A stretch of 32,000 nt of DNA from Candidatus Methanoperedens sp. (GCA_027460535.1 JAPZAR010000027.1:1-32000), one strand, 5' to 3'. Positions 18,163 to 27,585 are shown, counted from the stretch's first letter. A program made the numbers and translations. The notes: generated by a model from the letters alone, not told the origin.

Positions 18163-19110
18163 TCAAATTGCATGCTGTAGCGGGTGGTGAGCTTTAATTT
18201 TGATGGACTCAAGCAATTTTTCCACTTTCAAAAACGAATCTTTCTGTTCATTCCCATTGATATCATACAATTCCGATAGTTTTTCTAATGTTTTTTTTGC
18301 TATCGGGAGATATCCATCAAAGTATTGAACGTGATCCAATATGAGGTTATTCTGGAGATCCTGCTGGATTTTTCCAAATATGAGATAGTCCCAGACAAGA
18401 TACATATTATATTTTTCCAGTAGCTCGATCTTGATCTTGCCTTTAGCATTTTCATTTGTAGAAGAAATACATTTTTTATAGATAGATTTCAGGGAGGTTG
18501 TGTCGTTATCAACCAGAAAGAACCTGACATTGGCAGGTGAATTTTTCAAAGCATACTCAAAATAATCATGATCCGGTAATGGAAAAAGCTTGTTATCATT
18601 CAAAAAATCACACAAATTTGTATAATAATACTTTAAATTTTCTTTAAAATATTTTGTTTCCATGAATCTTGACAATTCTTTATCTTCTAATAGTATGGCT
18701 ATCTTTTTAAAAGTTCCAATATCATCTTTAAATTTTATAAAATCCAGGGGAATATCCCCTCGATTTCCGTCTTCTGCGTGTATACTATTCCCGGTCCCGA
18801 AGTCCAATAAGCCCAGATCGTTCAAATTTTCGATCAACTGATAATTCGATTGCTTGTTTTTTGCTATTTCAGATAACGTAACCCCGTTATCCTTTGCGAT
18901 TTCAAATATCATGCCTTTTAACTGACCTGCCTTGCCTTTTTTCGACTCCATCGTCATACCCTTCTTAAGGTCTTCTTTGGCCAGATCTTTTCTTTTCCCT
19001 GCAAGCTCATCCTTAAGGTTATCGATCTTTGAAACGTATTTATTGTTAATTGCTAAAGCCATATGCTCCTCTGTTATATCATAGCCTATGAGGGGTTCTC
19101 CAGTTTTCAT
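18163..19110 (-). CDS. Hypothetical protein, AT-rich gene, possible internal wHTH
   Basis: A long clean ORF of 315 aa. The segment GMIFEIAKDNGVTLSEIAKNKQSNYQLIENLNDLGLL looks HTH-like. No catalytic motif recognised. Confidence 0.5.
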   Translation of the reverse strand: MKTGEPLIGYDITEEHMALAINNKYVSKIDNLKDELAGKRKDLAKEDLKKGMTMESKKGKAGQLKGMIFEIAKDNGVTLSEIAKNKQSNYQLIENLNDLGLLDFGTGNSIHAEDGNRGDIPLDFIKFKDDIGTFKKIAILLEDKELSRFMETKYFKENLKYYYTNLCDFLNDNKLFPLPDHDYFEYALKNSPANVRFFLVDNDTTSLKSIYKKCISSTNENAKGKIKIELLEKYNMYLVWDYLIFGKIQQDLQNNLILDHVQYFDGYLPIAKKTLEKLSELYDINGNEQKDSFLKVEKLLESIKIKAHHPLQHAI

Positions 19111-19737
19111 TCCTTTTCTCCATCACCGCTCTTCATTCCAGGGCATTTTGATAATCCTTCTATCAGTTTATCTTTAATTAATTATTAGAGTCACAACAAT
19201 ATATGCCCGGTTGCTACAAAAGTTGGCAACTCAAAAAACATATTCATTCCCCTATCTGGGGGGAAGAGGTAATTACCTCCCCGGATCCCAACAGGCTCAA
19301 AGAATGCTGATATGCGTAAACTCCGGCACATTTACACAAAAATTTTCTGTTGTAACATATACGTTTCACATTTTCCTCATTCATTCTTGATCACGTGTTT
19401 AAGCCCGAGCCAGTGCATCTTTCATATCGCCTTCATTGGGCATCATGGGTTCGACGAACTCGGATGCCAGGTTATCTGAAAGTCCCGATTCATCTTTAAT
19501 GAGATAGCTGATCTCCTTTTTGTGCATGGCCTTGCTGATGACTTATAATGCTACCATTCGATTTAAATTTAATCATTGAAATATAGTATTTTTCATTTTT
19601 ATAGTTCAATTATTCTGTCGAACCTATGATTACCGGATCCCACTAACGCTCATATTTTCAAGTTGATCCGGGGCACGATAGAGTTCATTATCTTGAGTTG
19701 AATCAAATTAATATAGGTTCAAAGACTTTTTTAGTAA

Positions 19738-20202
<465 letters not shown>

Positions 20203-20217
20203 TAGTGGAGGCCGTAA

Positions 20218-20526
20218 ATGGTTGAGCCCATCACTTTAACAGATTTCATTGAATACAGCAAAGGTTCGGTAGTAAGCAAGACCCTGAAACAGAACCCTGC
20301 AGGCACTATAACCTTGTTTGCCTTCGATGCCGGACAGGGATTAAGCGAGCATTCAGCGCCTTTTGATGCCGTTGTCCAGGTAATAGAAGGCGACGGATTT
20401 TTCAAAATCGGTTCTGAAGAACATAACCTGAAAGCAGGGCAGATGATAATTATGCCGGCGAATGTTCCTCATGCCGTAAGAGGTGAACGAAAGTTCAAAA
20501 TGCTGCTGACAATGCTGAGGTCATGA
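20218..20526 (+). CDS. Cupin domain protein
   Basis: Cupin motifs are present (GLSEHSAPFDAVVQVIEG; GQMIIMPANVPHAV) in 102 aa. Confidence 0.75.
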   Translation: MVEPITLTDFIEYSKGSVVSKTLKQNPAGTITLFAFDAGQGLSEHSAPFDAVVQVIEGDGFFKIGSEEHNLKAGQMIIMPANVPHAVRGERKFKMLLTMLRS

Positions 20527-20589
20527 TTCCAATGCATTAACAAAAGGCTTAAATTAGAGAATGCCTTTTATGAAACTCCTTGACCAAGA

Positions 20590-20662
20590 GCCGCCATAAC
20601 TCAGCTGGTAGAGTGCCTGGCTGTTAACCAGGATGTCACAGGTTCGAGCCCTGTTGGCGGCG
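20590..20662 (+). tRNA. tRNA-Asn (GTT)
   Basis: It folds as a cloverleaf. The acceptor stem is GCCGCCA/TGGCGGC, the anticodon stem CCTGG/CCAGG with loop CTGTTAA, and the T-arm contains GGTTCGAGCC. No CCA is encoded. Confidence 0.9.
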
Positions 20663-20685
20663 TACACCGGACTAGTTTTTCTTGA

Positions 20686-20760
20686 GGGCCCGTAGCTTAG
20701 TCCGGTTAGAGCGCCCGGCTCATAACCGGGCGGTCACCGGTTCAAATCCGGTCGGGCCCA
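20686..20760 (+). tRNA. tRNA with CAT anticodon (elongator Met or Ile2)
   Basis: The acceptor stem is GGGCCCG/CGGGCCC, the anticodon stem CCCGG/CCGGG with loop CTCATAA, and the T-arm contains GGTTCAAATCC. The G1:C72 pair argues against an initiator. Confidence 0.88.
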
Positions 20761-21073
20761 TTCTCGATTTTCAGAGACTGAATTCAAGAATCAGATCTTA
20801 GCATTAACAAAGGTGTTGAGGATCCTGGATTACAAAAAAGTTTATCTTAAAGAAGGGATAAAACAATATCTAAATATCAAAAATTATTTTAAAAAAAGTA
20901 ATGAAGAAGAATACAGTTCTATTGATTGCACAAAACCAGACGTTGTTATTAGTATGCGATGAGGTTTAGGCCATATTTTCAATGAGAAAGGCAGTTGAGC
21001 AAGATATCGGTACCAGGAACTCATTATAGTAGGTTGTAAGCTTCATAAATCCCAATTTATATAGAATTAAGAA

Positions 21074-21664
21074 ATGAACCTGAGAAAAATCATTGACCCT
21101 TGGATTATTATAAGTATTTTTATTATAATTATTCTGATCTCCATCAATATCCCTTACACGACCAAAGAACCTTATACGGATAAGGAATATTACACGGCGC
21201 AGGAACCATATGTATCGACAGAAACATACTATGAAAAACAACCTTATATAGACAATGTGCCTTTGAATCTAACAACAACCGTGAACTGGGATATAACTGA
21301 TCATAGTTTTAGCGATGAGTTTGACTTAATGGTATCAATAAGAAATACGGATAATGCCAGGGGAGAATTTTGGGTGACTTTTCATGTAGAAAGCACTAAT
21401 GGGTCATTTGACTTTACAACAGATAAGATGTTTTTGATGCCGGGTGAAAGCCGTGATATCAAAAAGACATTTAGCGGCAGATTTTCATATGTTACATACA
21501 GGGTATATCAACCCACAAGAGAAGTAACGAGATACCTGGATGTCCCTAAAGAAAGAACTATAGCAGGCTATCGTGAAGTTGAGAAATCTCGCGAGGTAGT
21601 TAAATCAAATGAAATTAAATTGTCATTGCTTGAACGAATATTAAATGGAGAAAAAAGACTATGA
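21074..21664 (+). CDS. N-terminally anchored hypothetical protein with hexapeptide Tyr/Glu repeats
   Basis: An N-terminal TM (WIIISIFIIIILISI) is followed by PYTTKE/PYTDKE/YYTAQE/PYVSTE/TYYEKQ/PYIDNV and then a beta-rich region. Confidence 0.5.
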   Translation: MNLRKIIDPWIIISIFIIIILISINIPYTTKEPYTDKEYYTAQEPYVSTETYYEKQPYIDNVPLNLTTTVNWDITDHSFSDEFDLMVSIRNTDNARGEFWVTFHVESTNGSFDFTTDKMFLMPGESRDIKKTFSGRFSYVTYRVYQPTREVTRYLDVPKERTIAGYREVEKSREVVKSNEIKLSLLERILNGEKRL

Positions 21665-21696
21665 TCAATAGCGCCTAGAATTGCCGGGAAATCAAA

Positions 21697-21954
21697 ATGG
21701 AATGGTATTTGATAGGAAGTGGGGCTGCGCTCCTCACAACATTCGGGTTCGTGCCGCAGATAATAAAAATGCACAGGACAAAATCGGCCAGGGATGTCAG
21801 CCCTGCCACGCTTTACCAGTTCTGCGCAGGGGTTGTCCTCTGGACGCTGTATGGCATCCACCTGGGGGATATCATCATTATTGCGGCCAACGCCGTCAGT
21901 TTCATGACGCTTGTCGTGGCAATAGTTTTGTATCATTATTATAGTATGAAATAA
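21697..21954 (+). CDS. SemiSWEET / PQ-loop transporter
   Basis: It is 85 aa with three TMs and has a PQ motif (FVPQIIKMHRTKSARDVS). Confidence 0.8.
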   Translation: MEWYLIGSGAALLTTFGFVPQIIKMHRTKSARDVSPATLYQFCAGVVLWTLYGIHLGDIIIIAANAVSFMTLVVAIVLYHYYSMK

Positions 21955-22147
21955 GTATATTTTCCTGGAACAGGATGTCAAAGGGGCTGGAAAAGGCAGG
22001 ATTTGGGCGTTGGCGGTCAAATCCTAGGGTATAGGAATGTTGGTCTCGGTTTGTGTGAAACGGTTCATGGGAAACGTCGCTGATATATTTTTACGGCTCT
22101 GTGGGAGCATCTCTATATATTTGGCCGGGTTGAATATACCGAAATGT

Positions 22148-22783
22148 ATGAGGAGAATTGTATCGAAGAAAATCGAGCAATACTGCAGAGAAAATACCAC
22201 TCTGGAGTCCGGAATCCTGCGCGAACTTGTCGCAGAGACTTATGCAAGAACAGCGTTTCCTGAAATGCAAATAGGGCATCTTGAAGGCGCATTTCTTAAG
22301 ATGCTCGTTCGAATCGCGAAAGCAAGGCGCGTTCTTGAGCTGGGAACATTTACGGGCTACAGCTCGCTTGTCATGGCAGAGGCGCTGCCAGAGAATGGAA
22401 AACTGATAACATGCGATAATGATCCCGATGCTACAGAAATCGCAAGACGTTACTGGAGCCGGAGCGGGCATGGAAAAAAGATAGAACTCAAACTTGGTCC
22501 TGCGCTTGATACACTTAAAACCCTCGAAGGCCCTTTCGATATGGTGTTTATCGATGCCGATAAGGAGAATTATATTAATTATTGGGAATTATGCATGCCA
22601 AAAACGATCTCAGGCGGTATGTTGGTCGTTGATAACGTACTCTGGAGCGGTGATGTACTTGATCCCCATGATGAAACAAGTAGAGCAATTGCCGAATTCA
22701 ACAGGCATGTTTACAACGATAAACGGGTGGAAGTCGTCATGATCCCGATACGCGATGGAGTGACAGTGGCGCGGAAGTTCTGA
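22148..22783 (+). CDS. Class I SAM-dependent O-methyltransferase (caffeoyl-CoA OMT-like family)
   Basis: Family motifs are present: VLELGTFTGYSS, FDMVFIDADKENY and VVDNVLWSG. The start is trimmed to ATG 22148. Confidence 0.85.
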   Translation: MRRIVSKKIEQYCRENTTLESGILRELVAETYARTAFPEMQIGHLEGAFLKMLVRIAKARRVLELGTFTGYSSLVMAEALPENGKLITCDNDPDATEIARRYWSRSGHGKKIELKLGPALDTLKTLEGPFDMVFIDADKENYINYWELCMPKTISGGMLVVDNVLWSGDVLDPHDETSRAIAEFNRHVYNDKRVEVVMIPIRDGVTVARKF

Positions 22784-22874
22784 ACCCGCGAAGATATGAC
22801 TAAAAATTCTGTTCTGCTCTCAATTGATTATCTAATAAAAAAGGCTAAGTACATATTAAACATTGTTACCAAGA

Positions 22875-23765
22875 ATGCTGTCTCTGACACTTACACGACT
22901 TAAACTCAAGAACCCCCTGATGCTTGCAGCAGGGATAATGGGCACAACGGGCGGTTCCCTGAAAAGAATAGCACTGGAGGGGGCAGGTGCAGTGGTCACA
23001 AAATCCATCGGCTTAGAACCGAAGGGAGGGCACAGAAACCCGAGCATGGTAGAGGTAGATTGCGGTTATCTGAACGCAATGGGTCTTCCAAATCCTTCCT
23101 TCAGGAACTTCCAGGATGAGATCGATATTGCCAGAGAGGGGGGCGTGCCAGTTGTCGCCAGCATTTTCGGGGGATGTACTGAAGAATTTTCGGAAATCGC
23201 CGGTACAATCAAAGCAGATGCTCTTGAACTCAATGTAAGTTGTCCGCATGCCCATGGATACGGCGCTGATATCGGCACGGACTCTGGTCTGGTCGAGGAT
23301 ATTACTCATGAGGTCAAAAAAGCCGCTCAAGTGCCTGTCTGGGTTAAGCTCACGCCCAATGTCACGGATATCAAGAGCATAGGACTTGGGGCGCAGCGTG
23401 GGGGGGCTGATGCTGTGGTGGCGATAAACACCCTTCGCGGCATGGCCATAGATATCGAAAGTGGCTATCCGATCCTTGGCAACAGGTTTGGAGGTCTCTC
23501 GGGCCGCGCCATCAAACCTGTGGCGATAAAATGCGTTTATGACCTCTATGAAGCCCTCGATATACCTGTGATAGGTGTTGGCGGGATTTCAGATTGGAAA
23601 GATGCTGTGGAGTTCATCATGGCAGGCGCACGCGCCGTGCAAATAGGCTCCGCAGTGGGGAACAATATGGATATTTTCATGGATATTTCCTCAGGCATGG
23701 AAGCTTTTTTGAAGGAAAAGGAATTGACCCTTGAAGAGATATACGGGATGGCGCATGAATTATGA
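22875..23765 (+). CDS. pyrD: Dihydroorotate dehydrogenase 1B, catalytic subunit
   Basis: Family motifs are present: LKNPLMLAAG, LNVSCPH, GGLSGRAIKP and IGVGGI. ATG 22875 is preferred over TTG 22863. Confidence 0.92.
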   Translation: MLSLTLTRLKLKNPLMLAAGIMGTTGGSLKRIALEGAGAVVTKSIGLEPKGGHRNPSMVEVDCGYLNAMGLPNPSFRNFQDEIDIAREGGVPVVASIFGGCTEEFSEIAGTIKADALELNVSCPHAHGYGADIGTDSGLVEDITHEVKKAAQVPVWVKLTPNVTDIKSIGLGAQRGGADAVVAINTLRGMAIDIESGYPILGNRFGGLSGRAIKPVAIKCVYDLYEALDIPVIGVGGISDWKDAVEFIMAGARAVQIGSAVGNNMDIFMDISSGMEAFLKEKELTLEEIYGMAHEL

Positions 23766-24508
23766 AACCTGTTAATGCAGTAATCACAAAAGTAGTTGAT
23801 GAGACTCCCACCATCCGGACTTTCTTCTTTGATACCTCCTTTGAATCAATTCCGGGGCAATTCGTGATGGTCTGGATCAGGGGAGTGGATGAGATCCCCA
23901 TGGCACTTTCATACGAAAATGCTATAACGGTGCAGAAGGTCGGGCCTGCGACATCAGCATTGTTCGAGCTTGAAGAATGCGACTCGATAGGCATTAGAGG
24001 GCCTTACGGCAAGGGATTTGAGATAAAGAAAGGGCACGTTCTGATGATCGCGGGTGGAGTTGGGGCAGCTCCCCTGGCGCCGCTGGCTGAAAAGGCCTAT
24101 GAGGAGAGCGTAAAGGTTACGACGCTGCTCGGCGCAAAGACAAAGGATGAGTTGCTGTTCAGGAAGCGCTTTGAAGCAGCAGGAGAGGTACGGGTTGCCA
24201 CTGACGATGGCTCGGAAGGAATGCATGGGTATGTGACACAGTTGCTCGATGATGCAAAAAGCTATAATCAGATATACTGCTGCGGCCCCGAGGTCATGAT
24301 GAAAAAAGTACTCGATAAAGTCCCGACGTCAAAAGCACAGTTCAGCCTCCATCGCTATATCAAATGCGGATTGGGGATATGCGGGGCGTGCTGTGTGGAC
24401 GGGCTGCGGGTTTGTAAGGACGGGCCTGTGTTCTCTGGCGATGTTTTGAAGAAGACCGAGTTTGGGATTTACAGGAGGAACGAGTGCGGGGAGAGGGTTA
24501 GGGTGTGA
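23762..24508 (+). CDS. pyrK: Dihydroorotate dehydrogenase electron-transfer subunit
   Basis: It has an FAD/NAD-binding fold and a C-terminal 2Fe-2S Cys cluster (CGLGICGACCVDGLRVC). It overlaps pyrD by 4 nt. Confidence 0.9.
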   Translation: MKPVNAVITKVVDETPTIRTFFFDTSFESIPGQFVMVWIRGVDEIPMALSYENAITVQKVGPATSALFELEECDSIGIRGPYGKGFEIKKGHVLMIAGGVGAAPLAPLAEKAYEESVKVTTLLGAKTKDELLFRKRFEAAGEVRVATDDGSEGMHGYVTQLLDDAKSYNQIYCCGPEVMMKKVLDKVPTSKAQFSLHRYIKCGLGICGACCVDGLRVCKDGPVFSGDVLKKTEFGIYRRNECGERVRV

Positions 24509-24514
24509 ATATTT

Positions 24515-24985
24515 ATGCCAGAAAATAGCCCACCTACATATTCCAAATTAATTCGTAAACTTCCTTATAAATTGCAGAGACGATTTGAAAGCTTTGGAAA
24601 TTATGTAGAAGGTATTTTGAGTGAAAAAGAGCCAAAAGGGGGATGGAATCTTTCCGAAGAAGATATTGATGGGATTAAACTTATTGCATTAATTTTTTCA
24701 TTAAAAGTCTTCCTTAAACAAGGAACAATTATAACAAAACAGGCAATTAGAGTTTTTGGCGTTTTGGGCGCTGATGGTTTCACTGTAGGCAATGCCATTT
24801 TTACAGACCAAAGTGAGGATACATATAGGGGAGAGAAATTATCCAAAGAGCTGAATAAGTTGCTAATTGAGACAAACCAATTGGATTTTTTACAAGAAGA
24901 TAAATCCATTTCTCAGGTAATATTAGAACTAGCAAGGAGGAGTTCAAATAAACAATCTATGGATAGATCAAAGAAGAATACGTAG
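24515..24985 (+). CDS. Hypothetical protein (156 aa), first gene of the AT-rich island
   Basis: A clean ORF whose ATG lies 6 nt after the pyrK stop. No recognisable motif. Confidence 0.5.
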   Translation: MPENSPPTYSKLIRKLPYKLQRRFESFGNYVEGILSEKEPKGGWNLSEEDIDGIKLIALIFSLKVFLKQGTIITKQAIRVFGVLGADGFTVGNAIFTDQSEDTYRGEKLSKELNKLLIETNQLDFLQEDKSISQVILELARRSSNKQSMDRSKKNT

Positions 24986-24989
24986 ATTA

Positions 24990-25670
24990 TTGGCGGACTT
25001 TTTTGAATACAAACAAAAAGATTTAACGACTTTCGGAAACACAGTAAATCAGACATTTGAAGCTTTTGTTTTCGCATCTATAATAAATTGGTATCAAGAA
25101 AATGGTTGGAGAATCAGGTTTGAACATCCTAAGAATTATGGGGGAAAAGTTCGTCTTAAGTATTCAACACGAGGTAAACCAGAAAATTATACTTATGCAG
25201 TTGCTGTCAAAGGAAAAAAACAAATTGAAATTCGACATAATATTAGAATACGTTCAGCTCATAGTGATTATGAAAGTCCGGTAGCCTCATTTGTTGTTGA
25301 TGTAGGAGTATTAAAAGTTCATAGTGCTGAAAATTTTTCAACATATGATTCTGTTGAAAATAGAAATTTAATTACTTTTTCAGAAGCAAAGCATATGTCA
25401 GCTTTTGCAGAATTGATTGGCGGGTTTATCGGAATAGTTCATGAATTATTGCCTAAACGATTAAAAAGGCACAAAACACCAATAGGGAACCCTATTCATC
25501 CACACCCTTTTTTATTTGTGTCTGGATTTTCAAATCCGTCTGCAAAAGGTGTTATTGCAACGATACTCGAAAGAGGCTATCGTATTAGTATAATCGATCG
25601 TGATTCGAAAGATTTGTATGGATTACCACTTCAGGAAATCCCCACTAAACCCGCGAGTATAAGAAGATGA
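24990..25670 (+). CDS. Candidate PD-(D/E)xK-fold nuclease (226 aa)
   Basis: It uses a TTG start 4 nt after the upstream stop. An N-terminal helix carries a Glu (TFEAFVFASII), followed by FVVDVGVL (D) and ITFSEAKHM (ExK) in the expected order and spacing. Confidence 0.45.
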   Translation: MADFFEYKQKDLTTFGNTVNQTFEAFVFASIINWYQENGWRIRFEHPKNYGGKVRLKYSTRGKPENYTYAVAVKGKKQIEIRHNIRIRSAHSDYESPVASFVVDVGVLKVHSAENFSTYDSVENRNLITFSEAKHMSAFAELIGGFIGIVHELLPKRLKRHKTPIGNPIHPHPFLFVSGFSNPSAKGVIATILERGYRISIIDRDSKDLYGLPLQEIPTKPASIRR

Positions 25671-25704
25671 CCTTAAAAGTAAACTGATTAGTATTACTGT
25701 AATT

Positions 25705-26625
25705 TCAATCTTTTGATTTATCAAAATCAAAAATCGTCGGTATCTTTTCATTCTTTTTTGTTTCTAATTTCCCCCATTCTTCTAAAGTTTTTATATATTT
25801 ATTTAAATATTTATATAATTTCTTATCGTCCATGACATAATCCATAATGTTTTTTGCAGCCGTCTCATTATTACTCCCATAAATCAGATAATATATTGTT
25901 CTCTGTGTTTGTTTTAAGGACAGAACATGCCTTATTGGTACACTTTTAACGACCGAATAACCAGCTATCTCATTTAACCTTTTCTTGTACAAATTAACAA
26001 TTTCTTCTTCAAATTCACGAATTTCCAATGATCCGTTTACCTTTTTTTCATAGAGTTGTTTCCAATAATCACAGCCAAAGAAATTTGTAATACCTTCAGG
26101 ATCATTTTCCCAATTATTATACGCATTCATAGTATAAAATGGCAGATGAATAATAATGTCGGTACCATAAGGTTTTTCATGTTGAGCAATATTTTCAACA
26201 GTACTCCATTTTAGTTCATTGTATTTTGTGATATCCAACAAAACAGTGACTACAGTGAATGAGGGAATTTTATCTAGAACTTCAACAACTTTTATGTTTG
26301 CATCTCCTCTCAAACATTTCACATTTTTTATTTCACCAATATAGCTTTCTAAATCACTAAAATTTTTAGGATCATTTTCTATAAAAACACAGCTTATTTT
26401 TTTTGATTTTTCAGGTTGCAGTTTTTCAATTGCTATTAGAGGAGAACCAGCAATCAATTTATTTATTCCCCAATCAGAATCTTCAAAATGTACTTTTCCC
26501 GGGCCCGAGTATCCATCTATATAGAGAAAATTTGGCTTTCGCTCGGATTCAAATAAAATCTTACACGCCCCAAGATATTTTTCAATGATTTCATATTTTT
26601 TCAGAGTATGTCTAACTATGTCCAA
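25705..26625 (-). CDS. tcmP: TcmP-like protein (three-Cys-motif partner family), Rossmann/methyltransferase-like
   Basis: The N-terminus reads HTLKKYEIIEKYL, followed by FLYIDGYSGPG (SAM motif-I-like), VFIENDP and LRGDA. It uses a TTG start 6 nt after the radical SAM gene's stop. The family assignment is from memory of family motifs. Confidence 0.6.
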   Translation of the reverse strand: MDIVRHTLKKYEIIEKYLGACKILFESERKPNFLYIDGYSGPGKVHFEDSDWGINKLIAGSPLIAIEKLQPEKSKKISCVFIENDPKNFSDLESYIGEIKNVKCLRGDANIKVVEVLDKIPSFTVVTVLLDITKYNELKWSTVENIAQHEKPYGTDIIIHLPFYTMNAYNNWENDPEGITNFFGCDYWKQLYEKKVNGSLEIREFEEEIVNLYKKRLNEIAGYSVVKSVPIRHVLSLKQTQRTIYYLIYGSNNETAAKNIMDYVMDDKKLYKYLNKYIKTLEEWGKLETKKNEKIPTIFDFDKSKD

Positions 26626-26631
26626 TTAATA

Positions 26632-27585
26632 TCACCAAATACAATTGCACCCAATTTTCTTATAATCTAACCCGATCTTTTCCCACATTTCAACAGTCTC
26701 CTTACATAATGCAACATTCGTATAATCATATTTATTTTTCAAATGATCAATAACCGTAGAATACATTTCATACCTGATGTCAGAATCTATCTTTTTACCC
26801 CAATTTGATTTTTCAGATAGGAAAGTTACCCAGGTTTTATCTTTAGAGTTATTTATCGTGCTTTGAAGCCCTCTCAGCGAACCGAGAGTAATCCTTTCAG
26901 GAGTAAATTGCTCAAATATCATATCGACAAGCTTTGTATAATGCGTATCCCATTCGAAAACAGGAACCATCGGGTCAATTCGAATTCTTGTTTCATACCC
27001 TGCATCGCTAACTTTTCTTGCAGCTTTAATCCTTTCTTCAACTCCCGGAGCTTTTTCCCACTTTTTTGACACTGCTGGAGCATTCATACTAAAACTGACA
27101 ATAACATTTCTATGCTCATCGATTTTTAATAAATTTTCAACATTAGTTGACTTCGTTAAGAAAAGCACTTTATGCTTTTTTTGAGCTTCAAACAGGGGAA
27201 TAATGAATTTTGAAAAAGGGTCATGAGAGTTCTCAGATAATAAAGAATCACTTAATTCGCCTGTATTCAATACTTCTGGAAGAGAGCCATTATTCAAAAA
27301 AGTGCTGACATGTTCTTTCACTTTAAAGCGGTCTTTTTGTCTTGGCTGCTTTCCTGTAAATCTGAATGTCCCCTGCAAAAAACACCATGCACAGTCGTAT
27401 GCACATCCATTTGCCCATTTCAACTCTAAAAAATGAGGACAGATGACATCAGTCTTTTTCTCAGGCAGCGGGGTCTTTTCAAATCTGCAAATTATTGAAC
27501 CATCCCCAACTTTCTGGACAAGACTTTTTTTAGAACCATCAAGCGTCGGATAGACTTGTTTTTTTATCTGCATTGATTGTTCCAT
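26632..27585 (-). CDS. Radical SAM enzyme, spore photoproduct lyase (SplB/COG1533)-like
   Basis: A CxxxCxxC cluster sits in GCAYDCAWCFLQ (compare SplB GCMGHCHYCYLQ). It is colinear with SplB at FLTKSTNVENLL and at VSFSMNAPAV...RIKAARKVSDAGYETRIRIDPMVP. Confidence 0.8.
   Translation of the reverse strand: MEQSMQIKKQVYPTLDGSKKSLVQKVGDGSIICRFEKTPLPEKKTDVICPHFLELKWANGCAYDCAWCFLQGTFRFTGKQPRQKDRFKVKEHVSTFLNNGSLPEVLNTGELSDSLLSENSHDPFSKFIIPLFEAQKKHKVLFLTKSTNVENLLKIDEHRNVIVSFSMNAPAVSKKWEKAPGVEERIKAARKVSDAGYETRIRIDPMVPVFEWDTHYTKLVDMIFEQFTPERITLGSLRGLQSTINNSKDKTWVTFLSEKSNWGKKIDSDIRYEMYSTVIDHLKNKYDYTNVALCKETVEMWEKIGLDYKKIGCNCIW

Noticed and set aside
19398-19527. Small minus-strand ORF or possible frameshifted gene in the ribC upstream gap
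   Set aside because: Only 31 codons are intact, no motif is recognisable and no partner gene is present. It cannot be supported as a feature.
20542-20569. Hairpin aaaaggc-N14-gcctttt after the cupin gene, as a terminator
   Set aside because: It is plausible, but archaeal termination relies mainly on T-tracts, and the stem is only 7 bp and AT-rich. The evidence is too weak to call it a feature.
20534-20813. 11-nt direct repeat gcattaacaaa flanking the two tRNA genes (20534 and 20800), as a possible att site or integration scar
   Set aside because: The repeat is short, it does not overlap a tRNA 3' end, and there is no integrase or foreign gene block between or beside the copies. Chance is the most likely explanation.
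22037-22147. N-terminal 37 codons of the O-methyltransferase track ORF
   Set aside because: The homologous region of this family starts near MRRIVSKKIEQYCRE, and the upstream extension is unlike the family.
21568-22471. Minus-strand ORFs 21568..22020 and 22091..22471, and plus-strand ORF 21681..21944
   Set aside because: They overlap the SemiSWEET and O-methyltransferase genes in other frames and have no motifs. They are shadow ORFs.
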